From NCBI GenBank assembly GCA_030704615.1, contig CM060733.1, forward strand, positions 67,270,001-67,334,000: a DNA stretch of 64,000 bases, in the 5' to 3' direction. Below are positions 1-11,927 of this stretch, piece after piece. The notes under the pieces were generated by a model. That model was not told the DNA's origin. It worked only from the letters and a program-made list of their open reading frames with translations, and did no database searches. The translations under genes were made by a program, and so were the position numbers. The DNA comes from Takakia lepidozioides (lineage: Eukaryota > Plantae > Bryophyta). Positions within the stretch are counted from its first letter, which is position 1, and each line of letters opens with the position of its first letter.

Positions 1-11
1 GCGACTCGGAC

Positions 12-86
12 GGAAATGCGGTGCCGCATTTCTGTTCCCGTTGTTCATAATTCTCAATCAGAACGGAAATGCGGTACCGCATTTCC
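12..86. repeat. two units of the 53-bp palindrome array of C2 (continues at 32548-32729)
   Basis: GGAAATGCGG-NN-CCGCATTTC(C/T) at 12 and 65; removing A1 plus one TSD restores 53-bp spacing to the unit at 32548. Confidence 0.9.
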
Positions 87-103
87 GTTCCACCTTCACA
101 TAC

Positions 104-830
104 TGTCACGCACCTCGCTTCGGTAAGCTCTCCCCTCAAGTCATAGTTACTCGCTTGATGCGCGCGCCTAACTCCGAACCTGGCCGCCGGGCGAACTTGG
201 AGCTTCGGCTGCTCACCGGGACATAACGGTCCCCCCCTTGATCTCCCAAAGAACCCTCCAACGATTTGGAACCAGCGGAATTCCCTTTGGTAGTTGGCAG
301 TCCGGAACAGCTCCCCACTCTTTGGTCGCTTTCCGGCTCGCTCGCTTACTCACTAGCTTTTGGTCACCAACGAGCTTGCACCGTTCTCGGGGTTACTACT
401 CCCTATGTATACTTCTGTAGCTGTCCGCGGGGGTTTCACAAACAACCATGTCATTTTATGGCGAACCACCACGAACACCCTCGACTCCCGGTGATGAGTC
501 GCGGTGAGTCTTGGCCCAGCCACCACGGCCCCTATGGACCGTGATGAGTCCCAAGACTCCCCACGACTCCCACCACGAGGTCTCTGCCCCAGGGTGAGTC
601 CTATGCCACCCCCACTAAGTCCCGCTAAGCTACCACCACCCCTTGTGGAGCCACCCCCACCGCAACCCGGTGTGCGGGGCTCCACCTAGTGAGCGCCTCC
701 GCCTCCTTGAGTGCCTTGGGCACTCAAGGGTGCTTCAGCCCCCCATACCTATCGCTGCCACTGCCCCCACCACAGGGGCAGCCCCTCTTGTGTCCCGACC
801 CCCCAGCCCTCAAGGCAAAGGGCCGCGACA
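104..830 (-). repeat. 3' LTR of A1
   Basis: TGTCACG...CGCGACA; about 18 substitutions versus 31802-32528 by manual count (~2.5%); adjacent PPT. Confidence 0.95.
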
Positions 831-842
831 CACACCCCTACC
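831..842 (-). promoter_or_regulatory. polypurine tract of A1
   Basis: minus strand GGTAGGGGTGTG directly before the 3' LTR; same sequence precedes the A2 LTR at 37794-37805. Confidence 0.8.
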
Positions 843-1031
843 AACAGGGAGTCGATGTCCTCATCGGCTTGTCCATTTTGTGGAAACGAACATCCAAGTT
901 GTGGCGTCCCACATCAAGGAGTTTGTTTCCGTACCATGGCGTCCCATGGCAAAGAACCAAACCCCACACTTGACTCTACTCTCCACTAGCTAGTTCGGCC
1001 GACTTCCTCCAAGTCCCGGCCAGGGGTGGAG

Positions 1032-2006
1032 TGTCGCGCGGCTTTTACTCACCCATCCCTTCGCTATCCGAGGCGGAAACTCCAAGATAGAAGAGTTGGA
1101 AATCTCTAAGTACTCAGCCCGCTCAGAACAATCAGTCATGACCTACAGCTAGTGTATCATGGGGGTGTTTCCTATTTGTTTTCCTTTCCGCATTCATGTT
1201 AGCTAGCTACCTTACTATTGATAATTGAGTATCAGTTTGCTCATCAACTCATCCATTCATTCCACAGCTTCACTCAGATCTCTCTACACAGTGTGATTGT
1301 ATCGTATAAGTATCAGATTATGATTTATCAGGTATCAGGCCGAAGCCATTGTGTCTCTAATCTCCTCTACAATATCACTACAGCTTTGCATATAACAAGC
1401 ATTTACTAATCATCTCTCCTCCTTCACCGTGCTCTCCATGCTTGCTTTCGTTCTTCCTCTCCGCCCGATCCCCTCTCATCCATGACCAAGAATCCTCCCC
1501 CTCGAGTGCTTCCAAGATTGATCCCCTTCTCAGTCCTTGCTTCTCCCTTTATCTTCCTACCCGTGGCTCTAACCGTTTCCCTCACTAACCGCCGTCCGTG
1601 AACTAACATGTTCCATTTGTAGGTGTTGTTCCCCACAATCGTTCCCTGTCCTGCTATTCGTTCCCTATGGTCGTGACAGCTGTGTCAAGCTGTGACTGGC
1701 TGTGTGAAACTGTGACGGGCTGTGACTGGCTGTGCGACTGTGTTTGGCTGTGTCGGGCTGTGACTGGCTGTGACGACTGTGACGGGCTGTGATGGCTGTG
1801 TCGGCTGTGACGACTGTGTTGGCTGTGTCGACTGTGACGGGCTGTGTTGGCTGTGTCGGCTGTGACGACTGTGACGGGCTGTGTAACCCCTCTCTACAGT
1901 GCGCTGTTATCACCCCTAAGGCTCCTGTTGGTCTCAGTCTGTGCAAAAATTAAGGGTTCTCCTCAGATCCCGTAAAAATGTCTAAGTCCCTGGCAGTCCT
2001 CTAACA
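1032..2006 (-). repeat. 3' LTR of B1 (975 bp)
   Basis: TGTCGCG...CTAACA; about 9 substitutions versus the 5' LTR outside the internal tandem array. Confidence 0.95.
1676..1885. repeat. GGCTGTG(A/T)-type ~9-10 bp tandem array inside B1 3' LTR
   Basis: repeated ggctgtgac/ggctgtgtc/gactgtgac units. Confidence 0.9.
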
Positions 2007-2022
2007 TTACCCCTTCCCCTCT
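2007..2022 (-). promoter_or_regulatory. polypurine tract of B1
   Basis: minus strand ...AGGGGAAGGGGTAA directly before the 3' LTR. Confidence 0.85.
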
Positions 2023-2045
2023 CAAAAAGTCGTGTCCTCACGGTT

Positions 2046-3047
2046 TTACTGTTTGGGATTAGCAAACCTTTGTGAGTGAGCACCCTTCTGACATTGAGAG
2101 TCTCGTAAAGGACTTTGTGTGCGAGCCCGAGGTCTGCCACTGGTTGACGGAGATGATTGAACACTACCTGGATATGTAAGGCCCTCTGGAGGCTGATATC
2201 GAGGTAATCTTTCAGGCATAGGAGACCCCCGTCGCTTCTTTTCTTCCATCTGAATTGCATAGTCTTCTCCCATGTCAAAAGAATCCCTCGAAGAAACAGT
2301 TGTATCAGAATCTTCATCGCCTCTCAGGTGTTTTAATTGTCGAACTTTTGGTGGAATCCTCTGGGGCATACAATGTTGTCCTACCATGTCTGGAAGTTTA
2401 TATTTTAAAACTTGGTATAAACGCTGAACTGCAAAATTGGTGAAGACACTGAGCTCATTGTCTGTCCAGGTGAGTGGGGTACCAATGACTTGTGACTTGT
2501 TCAAGTATTTCCATGCCACATGTGCCTTAGAGAAAATATCATCAATGCCGAATTTCTGTGTTGACAAATTGTTCCAGGCTGTCTGAAACCATGAACGAAT
2601 TTGAGAATCGTTTTGCATCATAACTTTTGGCTCATATAGGTACATATGAGGTGGCACTAAAGGTAAGACCCAATGATCCCCACTGGAATAACTCAGAAAG
2701 CGCGCTTGCATCTTTTGCTGCTCAATGTGATAACGTACCAGAAAACAAGCAGCGTAGTATAATCCACATCCCATGGCAATACTCGCTACCTCCTTGGTCT
2801 TGGTATAAATGAATCCATGTACAACTTGGAAGGCAATTAATTCCCTCAACATTGTACCTGCCTCATGCCAGTATTGTGCAAAGTGATGATCTTCAATTGG
2901 TCGATTGTTCGGAAGAACTTTAGTCCTAGTTGCCACTGGCAGCCAAATGCGCATGATTTGGTAGTAATGTGCAAATGACTGCGGAGGACTAAATTCTTTC
3001 CAAGCCAAATCCAACATGATGGGAATTTGGTTGAAGGGCAGAATCAT
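2046..3047 (-). CDS. B1 accessory ORF 2, unknown function (333 aa)
   Basis: open frame sense to pol, between accessory ORF 1 and the PPT; helical-looking N part, Ser/Pro/Arg-rich tail. Confidence 0.6.
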   Translation of the reverse strand: MILPFNQIPIMLDLAWKEFSPPQSFAHYYQIMRIWLPVATRTKVLPNNRPIEDHHFAQYWHEAGTMLRELIAFQVVHGFIYTKTKEVASIAMGCGLYYAACFLVRYHIEQQKMQARFLSYSSGDHWVLPLVPPHMYLYEPKVMMQNDSQIRSWFQTAWNNLSTQKFGIDDIFSKAHVAWKYLNKSQVIGTPLTWTDNELSVFTNFAVQRLYQVLKYKLPDMVGQHCMPQRIPPKVRQLKHLRGDEDSDTTVSSRDSFDMGEDYAIQMEEKKRRGSPMPERLPRYQPPEGLTYPGSVQSSPSTSGRPRARTQSPLRDSQCQKGAHSQRFANPKQ

Positions 3048-3116
3048 AGCCCTACTGTACTCCCTTGCAGCTGGAGTTTTAGGTGGGTTAAAAGCAGCAT
3101 TGCCCCATACCTCAGA

Positions 3117-5816
3117 CTATGGTGGCTGTGGTGTAGTTGTAGTAACAACAGGGTCAGCTATTGGCACAGTGACTTGCTGTGATGTTGGTGGCACTGGTTC
3201 TTGTACCATTGGCATCTCCTGCACCTCCTGTGAAGAAGACTGAAAAGCTAAAGTTCTCGCTTTTAAATAAGAAGCCATTAGCTGTTCATCAGGTACACAG
3301 ACTCTCTTGTCGATATTTGAAGTGAGGTCCTCCACTTGAGTCTGCAGGCCGTCTATATCCTCCTGTAACTCTGCTATCCTACTATAGACATTGTCTATAG
3401 TAGTTGTGGCAATGTTCTGCACTTGCAGCCTGAGCTCATTCATCTCGCTTTGGGTGAGCTTTCGTGGCGCTTTGCCCTCCACTGGCCCTTGTGCTAACCA
3501 GACCTGCATAAGGTGGTTATCCACCAAGTTGCTTGTGGTTCCTCTGAGAGTGTGCTCCTCTCTTTGTTTGTACACATCTAACTGCTGTTGTAAAGCCTCC
3601 ATGCGCTTCGCATGAGGTTCAACCAAATTCGCATAGGCAGCAGCCAGATTATTGGCTTCCTTCCAAGCTTTGTTAGCCACAGAGAGTTCATTTCTATTGG
3701 CCATGACCGTTTGTTGCAACTCCAGGATGTGCCTCTCTTGGTCAGCTTCAACCTGCCTGTATTGCTTGAAAGTATCCTCATTGCAACAGATTGTATTCTT
3801 CATGTCGACAATGAGTTTCATTTGCTCAACATTCTCTGCTTCTGCCTTCATACTTTTTTCCGCTTGACTGTTTATTTCTATTGTAGATTGGTCAAGCATA
3901 GTTGTGAGTGTAGCACATTGGATGGCCATCCTGTCATGCACTGTCTGCAACTCTGTATGTAGTGCATTTACTTCTTGCAACTTGCTTTCATGCTTCACCT
4001 GCATTTGGTATAGCTGTTGCTTATGTGCTTCGTGCAACTGGTCTTGCGCGAGGTCTGCCTCAATCAATTGTTCCTTGGCCAATTGCAAAGCCGCTTCTGT
4101 ATTTTCCAAGTCCTGCTGCATCTTGAGAGTGACCTCCTCATCGACCTTGTTTGCACACTCAGTGGCTAGTCGAGCCTCAAACTCCTTCCTGAGTTCCTCT
4201 CTCAAGGCTGTCAATTGGGTAGTTGGAACATGGGATTTGACATAAGTCCCCAACAAATTAAGTGTCCTGCCTATGGAACTCATCAGCATTGCCTGTTGAG
4301 GGTCATCATGGTGAGGTTGCTGCTGTTCCTCCTGATCCTCAACCGTGTGATGTCTCACGAACCATTCAGGCCATTGTCCCACCGGATTTTCTTCCTGAAC
4401 CACATCATCCATCACCGGTGCTGCAGTGTCTTGACATTCTACCTGTGGTACCTCCGACACAGGTGTGTGTATTATATGCACCTCAGGATTTCCCTTGGGC
4501 AACTGTTGCACCTCTGGAATCTCTGTCTCCTTGACCAGACCAGAATATTCATAGAGAATGTCCCCCTTCTCAATTTCCGCCACTATCTGTTCTGTAGTTG
4601 GAATATCTAACCCTTCTTTTTCCAAATCAATTATTTCTGGTTGAGCTGCATGGACAACTTGTAACCTTGTGACAAGCCGATCAGCTGGCTGTGATGGTTG
4701 TGATACTGAAGTAACTTCCTCCTCCCTTTCTGAAGGTCCTGCTTCCAGTAATAGCAGTTCTCTGTGCTGCTGTGCCCCTTCCTGCACATGAGCTTGGGAA
4801 ACATTATCATGCGGAATCCGTGAAGCCAGTGGATCCGCGACTATAGTCTTTCCCCGTCTCTGCCTCTTAGTCTCGGATTGCCCTGCTAGTCCACCCTCAC
4901 TGTGTGAAGAGCCTTGCTCTTCCATTGCAGTGGTTTCTGGCTCAAACACTCCCATCTCCTTTCTTTCTTGCGCATCAAGTATGCCAGAATCAAGAATTAT
5001 TTGAGCAATGATTGGGCCAGACACTATGATAGGAGACTTTGCGGTAGTACCTTGTAATCTTTTCATCTCCTCTACCAGTGCGTTGTACATTATGTCCGCC
5101 CATTCTACCTCTTGTCCTTTCAGGGCTTTGAGTATTTCCTCCGTGAAGGATCTGCTCAAATACTGTTGGTTCTGTTTCATGGCAATCAGAACGTTCAATA
5201 CCTGGCCTACCTCCTTTAGCCCTGGGTACACGGCCTTGGTACAAGCATAACCCTGAGTTTTAAAGAAACTCCCTTCTTGGAATAAGTCCCCTATTTGCAG
5301 TCTTGCCCTGTGCTCCTCCACATGCACCTGACCTGCTGGCAATCGAAACAATTGCTGGAGGTATAGGGGAGTAATTACTAATTCAACTCCCTTCACCGTT
5401 GTAGTACCTGTCCTTGGCTCAAAGTTCTGCAAGAATTGTAACATGTACTGTTTATGGTGCAATGTCCAATCTATGCTTTGCAATCCTTGCAATCTCAGCT
5501 CCTTTAGTATCTGTACTGCCTGTGGAGTAGCAATCGTTTGTTTCTGCAGGATTGTGGTGCTCTTCACCCTGATTTCCTCCATTCCTCTCACTCTCTTCAT
5601 TCTAGACCCACAGAAATGTTTTGGCTGTAACAACTGAAGAAATGCTTGTAGTGCACAAAGCATAAACGTATGGTTGCCACAAAAAGCTATGGGTAATTTC
5701 TTGTAAGCCTGTGGGGCTTGCAAGCATCGCTCAAGAGAAAAGATCCGCTCTGTTGTTTCGTCCCTATGCCACTGCGTAAGTAGTATTGCAAGCGTATAGT
5801 CTGTTAGTTCCTCCAT
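3117..5816 (-). CDS. B1 accessory ORF 1 (899 aa): N-terminal region resembling Athila env-like/'plant transposon protein' domain, acidic linker, long coiled coil
   Basis: ATG-initiated intact ORF downstream of integrase; FLQNF..VKGVELVITPLYLQQLFRLP and WADIMYNALVEEM segments; E/Q/L-rich heptads around aa 535-840. Confidence 0.7.
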   Translation of the reverse strand: MEELTDYTLAILLTQWHRDETTERIFSLERCLQAPQAYKKLPIAFCGNHTFMLCALQAFLQLLQPKHFCGSRMKRVRGMEEIRVKSTTILQKQTIATPQAVQILKELRLQGLQSIDWTLHHKQYMLQFLQNFEPRTGTTTVKGVELVITPLYLQQLFRLPAGQVHVEEHRARLQIGDLFQEGSFFKTQGYACTKAVYPGLKEVGQVLNVLIAMKQNQQYLSRSFTEEILKALKGQEVEWADIMYNALVEEMKRLQGTTAKSPIIVSGPIIAQIILDSGILDAQERKEMGVFEPETTAMEEQGSSHSEGGLAGQSETKRQRRGKTIVADPLASRIPHDNVSQAHVQEGAQQHRELLLLEAGPSEREEEVTSVSQPSQPADRLVTRLQVVHAAQPEIIDLEKEGLDIPTTEQIVAEIEKGDILYEYSGLVKETEIPEVQQLPKGNPEVHIIHTPVSEVPQVECQDTAAPVMDDVVQEENPVGQWPEWFVRHHTVEDQEEQQQPHHDDPQQAMLMSSIGRTLNLLGTYVKSHVPTTQLTALREELRKEFEARLATECANKVDEEVTLKMQQDLENTEAALQLAKEQLIEADLAQDQLHEAHKQQLYQMQVKHESKLQEVNALHTELQTVHDRMAIQCATLTTMLDQSTIEINSQAEKSMKAEAENVEQMKLIVDMKNTICCNEDTFKQYRQVEADQERHILELQQTVMANRNELSVANKAWKEANNLAAAYANLVEPHAKRMEALQQQLDVYKQREEHTLRGTTSNLVDNHLMQVWLAQGPVEGKAPRKLTQSEMNELRLQVQNIATTTIDNVYSRIAELQEDIDGLQTQVEDLTSNIDKRVCVPDEQLMASYLKARTLAFQSSSQEVQEMPMVQEPVPPTSQQVTVPIADPVVTTTTPQPP

Positions 5817-5974
5817 AGCTTCTTAGCTATCGCATTGATGGTTTGTCCCTTCGCGACGCCCGTTACTTAGAACGTCGCCGTCTCTTGCGCCTAATTCCCC
5901 TCCAATTTCTTGATCCCTTCTCTGGCTTTTGATTGGCTGTAACCGCTGTGACTGGATTTTTGATTTAATGTTCT

Positions 5975-8059
5975 TTAGTGGACTTTCCCTGCTGGACTGT
6001 CCACTAGGATTACACATATGACAAGAATTTCGTTTTCTGTACTTGCCGTTTGTTCCGTTCCCCTTTTTCTGTATTCATTAATGGGCCCGCCATTCATCCG
6101 AATTGACGCGCTAAGTAGGTACTTTGACGGCCATTCTTGTCCTCTTTTTTGATGACACCTATTCTTGCACTTCCTTCTCAGCTGTGTGTCGCGCCCTGAC
6201 TTCCACGTGTCTATTTTTAAACTGGTTTCCGTCCTTTCTTCCGTCGGCCATTTTCCTGAAGTTAATGTGCGTCCACCTGTCACTGATTCTATGGATTGTG
6301 TAACCCTAGTAGGCTGTGTTGAGCTGTGACAGGCTGTGTCATACTGTGGTACGCTGTAATAGGCTGTGATGCACTGTGGTAAGCTGTGATAGGCTGTGAC
6401 ACGCTGTGGTAGGTTGTGATAGGCTGTGTTGCGCCGTGCTGGGCTGTGATAGGCTGTGTCACGTCGTGATGGGCTGTGGCAGGCTGTGTTGGCTGTGATG
6501 GCTGTGTCACGCTTGTTTTGCCCGCCCTTGGCATATATGCTCGGCCTAGCGACAAATGCTCCATACTCCGTTCGTAACACTGGTGCAGCCCGTGACTGCT
6601 CTTGCGTTTCAGCATGCAATTCATGCTGCAATGGTTTGTCATGGATACCACTGTACCCCTTCAACTTATTGGCATTGACTCTTCCCAGTATTGCTTTGTT
6701 AATGGTTTGTAACATGGCGGTGTTGTTATCATACATCTTTTGTATGACATAAGGTCCTTTCCATGGTGATTTAAGCTTAGAAGCTTTAATCTTTCCCTTT
6801 TTCTGCAACCATAGAACCAAATCTCCCGTCTTAAAAGTTTTTAACTTGCCTTCATCAAACTGTTCCTTCCTCTTCATCCGAATTCTGGTCATATTATCAG
6901 CTGCATAAGCACGTACTTCTTCCACATGGTATAATTCATGTTTCCTGACCTTAATGGAATCTTGCAATTCCATTCTCTTTCCCCACTCCGTTCTCATGGT
7001 AGGTAACAGGAATTCCACTGGAAGTAAGGCTTCCATACCATAAACTAATTGGAATGGTGTATACTTAGTGGTGACTTTATATGAAGTCCTGTATGACCAC
7101 AAAGCTGTCAACAGCTTTGTATCCCAATCCTTTCTGTTTGCATTGACTATCTTAGCCAAGATAGTACATAGTATTTTGTTGGTAGCCTCTGCCTGTCCAT
7201 TACCCTGTGGGTAATATGTTGTACTCTTCCTATGCACAATCATGAATTCTTTAGTCAATAATTCAATGGTCTCATTAATGAAGTGACTTCCCTGATCACT
7301 GATAAATTCTAAGGGACAACCAAATCGTGTAAGTATGTTCTCATATAGAAACCTTGCTGTGGACTTGGCTATGTTGTCCCTCAAAGCTTTAGCTTCCACC
7401 CATTTCGTAGTATAATCAATGGCTGTAATTATGTACCTGTTCCGTGTATTCTTGGTTGGTGGGTTAATTGGTCCAACAAAGTCTAGTCCCCATTTCTGAA
7501 ATGGTTCCGTAGGCATTGTAGGATGCATTCCAGATCTCTGCAAAGGTCCTAGCCTCTGACATTCATCACAACTCTGACAATACTCGTGTACATCTTTGAA
7601 CAAAGTAGGCCACCAGTAACCTGCGAGTAGTAGCTTCCTATTGGTAGTCTCTTCTCCAAAATGACCTCCAGCCACTCCTTTATGAACTTCCTCCAAAACT
7701 TTATTTACTTCATGGTGGTACAAACATCGTTTTAGTACTCCATCAGGTCCTAGCTTATACATTCTGCTTCCTACCATAGTATAAGGTAAAGCTTTGATAG
7801 CGATTCTCTTCCTCTGCTCCTTACCATAACTAGGTGGGCATTGACCATGAGTAAGGTAGTATCTGATTGGCCACTGCCAATCTAACCATTCATCTGCATT
7901 TCCTTTCACCTCCATTACAAATAAACTCGCATCAGGTAACTGATCGTCCACTCCTGTGGCAGCCTCTCCTGTTGTTAGTCGTGACAAATGATCTGCCACA
8001 AGATGCAAACGGCCAGGCTTGTAAATAACTTCGAACTCAAACTCATGCAAGATTATCAA
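5975..8059 (-). pseudogene. B1 pol: end of RNase H and integrase
   Basis: HHCC (EVHKGVAGGHFG..CQSCDECQ), DDE core (WGLDFVGP, ISDQGSHF, GQAEATNK), WKGPY; frame reads on through a tandem repeat. Confidence 0.92.
6310..6510. repeat. internal GCTGTG-type tandem array after integrase, related to the LTR array
   Basis: aggctgtgat/aggctgtgtc units with ~30-bp higher-order period. Confidence 0.85.
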
Positions 8060-9640
8060 CTACCTCGCTATCCTTCCACTTATCAAAGGTTTGTTCACCA
8101 GATATATCAGAGCCTGGTGATCCACATAAAACATAAACTTTCTTCCCAATAGGTAATGCCTGAATTTCTTGACTGCATAAATCATTGCCAGTGCTTCTCT
8201 TTCAGTTGTGCTATAGTTCCTTTCAGCACTGTTCATCAACCTGCTAGCATAGTACACAGGTGAATCTATATTTCCTGTAACATTCTGGGCTAACACCGCT
8301 CCCAACGCTTCTCCAACGCTTCTCCTGATGCATCACAGTGAACGTGAAATACTACATGCCAGTGAGGGTTAATCAGCACAGGTGTAGTTGTTACTGACTG
8401 ACAGTGTAAGTTCCTCAAATGCCTATTGACATTCAGCTGTCCAGGCAAACACTGCATCTTTCTTCAGTAGCTTGCTCAATGGTGCTGCTATTTGTGCATA
8501 CCTTTTGACAAATCTTCTGTAATAACTGGTTTGCCCAAGGAATCTCCTTAGACTCTTAACATTCACTGGTGGTGGAGAGGCTTTAATGGCCTCTGTCTTC
8601 CTGGGATCCACAAGAAGTCCCCTCTTACACACAATGTGTCCCAGAAGCACCCCCGAGTTCACACAGAAAGTACACTTCTCTGGATTCAGGCCCAGACCTC
8701 TCATCCTGCATCTGGCCAAGCATAACTCCAATTTATGCAAGTGTTCATTCTTAGAGCTGTACACACTGAAATCATCCAAGAACACCTGCATGAAATCATC
8801 CAGATACTCATGAAAAGATTCACTTATCACTCTCTGAAAGGTCGCTGGTGCATTACAAAGTCCAAAGGGCATGACTTTGTATGCATAAGCACCCCAGTCT
8901 GTGATGAAAGCTGTTTTTCCTTGGTCTCCTTCTGCCACTTGTACTTGATTATAACCACTGAACCCATCCATGAATGAGTACATCTCATGGCCTGCTACAG
9001 TGTCCAATACTGCTTCTGTGAATGGCAAAGGAAAAAGATATTTCTTCGTACAAGCATTTAGCTTCTTGTAGTTCACACATACTCTTAGTTTACCATTCTT
9101 CTTGGGAACTATAACAATGGGTGACAACCAAGTTGTATACTCTATTGGGTATATAAACTTAGCCTCAGCCAACTTCTTGATCTCTTCTCCAACCTTCTGT
9201 GCGTAGTTGGGATTCATTCTGTACCTCACCTGCTTGATTGGTACTGACCCTGGTTCCAGTTCAATCTTATGCTGACAGACTTCAGGTGGTATTCCTTTTA
9301 GATCCTCATAGCTCCAAGCAAATACATCTCTGTATTTGATGAACAAGCTCTTAGCTTCTTCAAAGAATTCTGGCTCCAAATCAGCTCCTACTTTCACCAT
9401 CCTCGGTTCCTCTTTAGTTCCCACATTCACTTCCCTCACCTGCTCATCAGCTGTGATTGTCCAACCAGTCACCACTTCATCCTGTAAGCTCACAGTGGCT
9501 GGTTCCTCTAGGATTTCCATTTCTCCTTCTCTTTCTTCATAGAAATGTGATGGGTAACTGCTGGTTTCCTCTTCAGTTGGTGTTGCTGTCACTACACCAC
9601 AGCAGATACCTCTTAAACAACTTAGGCTTTCCAGCCGCAT
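8060..9640 (-). pseudogene. B1 pol: reverse transcriptase and RNase H, disrupted
   Basis: KKNGKLRVCVNY, MDGFSGYNQV, MPFGLCNAPATFQR, FLDD; AERNYSTTEREALA; stops at 8060 and 8423 and an 11-bp duplication (CAACGCTTCTC x2) near 8303-8324. Confidence 0.93.
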
Positions 9641-9688
9641 CTTTGCAACTTGCTCCCACTCTGGGTGTGCAGCAAACAGGGTAGCTTC

Positions 9689-10369
9689 CTACTCCTCATC
9701 CAGTCCTTCTCTCCAGTCATACTCTCTGACTCCTCGAGGTCTTCTCGTAGCAGGTAATCTACTAGATTTCTTTGTGGTAATTTGTATCTCGTGTATCCCA
9801 TTATGCACGGTTAATAACTGAGAATTCCTGTCATGGAATGCCCTAGCCTGCTTCAGCCACGGACGTCCCAATAATAAGGAGTAAGCCTCCATGACTTCAT
9901 CCATCTTCAACACAGTTACTGTGATCATAAAGATCATCTTCTGTATCTGTATCTTAACTCCTCTTATTAATCCCAATGGCTGTACACTTCTTTGATCTGC
10001 CATTGTTACTGTAAATGGGGCTGGTTTCATGTTACTTAGACCAAGCTTCTTTCTCAATTGGTCTGTCATGATATTTACTCCAGATCCTCCATCTATCAGT
10101 ACATCAGTTAGTTCTGTGCTTCCAATTCTCAATTGGATTACTGGTATAGAATCATCAAAGTCCATGACTGTTTCTTGCCCTTCCGGCTTCACAGTATAAC
10201 TGGTCACCTTGCTGTTCAGGTCTGTGTTTCCGGTCTCCTGGGCAATTCGATTGATTGCTTGATACAGCCTGTGCCTACAATAAGGTGCCACAGCCAATAG
10301 CTGTCCAATGGTAATTTCTGCTTTGGTCTGCCATATTACTTCAGCCAAAGTTTCTTCATTACTTTGCAT
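9689..10369 (-). pseudogene. B1 aspartic protease region
   Basis: VLIDGGSGVNI and LLLGRPWL motifs. Confidence 0.9.
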
Positions 10370-10672
10370 GTCTGCATCTTATTTCTTCCTTTCATCTTCA
10401 CTCTGTTCATTCTCCATCAGAATCAGAGGAATCTGCCACAGGAATATCAGTACTCTTCTGCATTTCCCTTATGGTATCTGCCACTTCTTTGTGCAGTTCC
10501 TTCTCCTCTCTCCAAGCCCCATCATCTTCAGGTATATCACTGCCACCTTCATTATCATCATCTTCCTCAACTACCGGAGGTATTAATTTGGCTTTGCTTC
10601 TGTTTACTATCATTGTACTTACTTCTGGTACAACACATGGCCTAACCATGTGAGCTGCCACCACTGGGCCCT
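10370..10672 (-). pseudogene. B1 gag C-terminal portion (downstream of the C1 insertion)
   Basis: removing C1 and one TSD joins ...EMRAPVNEGP to VVAAHMVRPCVV in frame. Confidence 0.8.
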
Positions 10673-10772
10673 GGGGGCTGCTATTTCATGAGCCATGAGC
10701 CATGAGCGGCATGAGCCATGAGCAGAGTCGTAAGTGTGGAAAAAAACATGAGCAGCACTATTTTCCGGAAAT
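10673..10772 (+). repeat. left TIR of C1 with tandem CATGAGC subrepeats
   Basis: CATGAGC repeated about 6 times; inverted match to 25150-25273. Confidence 0.85.
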
Positions 10773-11135
10773 GAGTGTCCGCGGGAATAGGGTTTAGGGT
10801 GCCACGGTCATAGGGGGAGAAGGACCTCCCGATGAAGGAGGTTCGGCAATGTTATTTAGAATTATATATTGAAAGACAATGTTTCGCGAATGGTAGGGTG
10901 GTACTGCTCTGTACAATGGGGGCCCATTTCAGCTTACCAGCCATTTGCAAAATCCACCCACACTCCCAATCCCAAACGAAATGAGCAATGACGCATTCGC
11001 GGAACGATGGACACAGAATATAATAAAAAGAGGGCACAATGAGGTTTTTATTGATCCACATGAATTGCATTTGAAGCACGTCTACTGTGCTGATTGTGCC
11101 ATCAAATCTTGAGCCCTGTGCCTACTGAATACAAG

Positions 11136-11810
11136 TCACGTTGTCAATGGGACTTCGACTGCTCTCAGAACTAGCTCATGAGTCATGGGGCTCCTCCATG
11201 TAAAGTCGATTGCAGCCGTTGTACCGCCCCTAGTGATGTTCACCACAATGTCCTGCCCTTCAATCATACCACCATCGAATATGGAAATCTTCACGTTTTC
11301 GTCGTCCACACCAATGCGAATGTCCCCATACAATGGAGAAGAGGAGCGCACTCCTCGAGGAGAATAGGTCTCTCCGATGGAGTCCACCCACGTCCAGTGG
11401 CAGCAGTTCCACCGCAACAGCATAGCAGTGCGCCTTCTTCTGCATGGGTGACCGTCGTAGCTGGGAAAATCGGAATCGAGGATGCGCAGGAGCCACGGAC
11501 TCCTCAGACCAAGATCGTCACCCCGCTCGAAGGCGTAGTGGCCTACGATATACTCAAAAGCCACCAATGTTTCCACAATCGAACCAGTATCTTCTCTGTA
11601 ATCTGTGTACCAGATAACAATGTCTCCCGATGTGGCCGAATACATTGCATAATCGATGCCTCCAAAGGGGCAGTCGTCCCGGTTCCGGAAGCACGGCATC
11701 CTTGCAAAGGAGGACCTGAGGACGACTTGGATGCCGATGACCTTGCGGACAGCTACGAAGCCCTTAGATTTTGGAAAAGATACGAAGCGGAAGAGCAGTC
11801 CGGCCTCCAA
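11136..11810 (-). CDS. hypothetical third cargo ORF of C1 (224 aa; true start uncertain)
   Basis: open frame with globular, beta-rich looking composition; no recognised motif. Confidence 0.35.
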   Translation of the reverse strand: MEAGLLFRFVSFPKSKGFVAVRKVIGIQVVLRSSFARMPCFRNRDDCPFGGIDYAMYSATSGDIVIWYTDYREDTGSIVETLVAFEYIVGHYAFERGDDLGLRSPWLLRILDSDFPSYDGHPCRRRRTAMLLRWNCCHWTWVDSIGETYSPRGVRSSSPLYGDIRIGVDDENVKISIFDGGMIEGQDIVVNITRGGTTAAIDFTWRSPMTHELVLRAVEVPLTT

Positions 11811-11927
11811 AATGGAGCATCTGGGTCACACGTACCCACCGACGGAGGTGGAACGTGTTCATCACGACAGCGGTGGATGAAGCCATACATCTTTCTCATC
11901 AACAAGTTATAGTTTGAGATCTGCCAC

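Noticed and set aside
136-993. Short Pro/Gly-rich ORFs repeated at 31.8-32.5 kb and 37.6-38.5 kb
   Set aside because: Incidental frames in GC-rich LTRs
1676-1885. Telomere-like TG-rich repeats
   Set aside because: Not TTTAGGG; internal part of the B-family LTR
11178-11912. 244-aa plus-strand ORF
   Set aside because: Antisense shadow of 11136-11810 with no recognisable features; strand assignment remains uncertain
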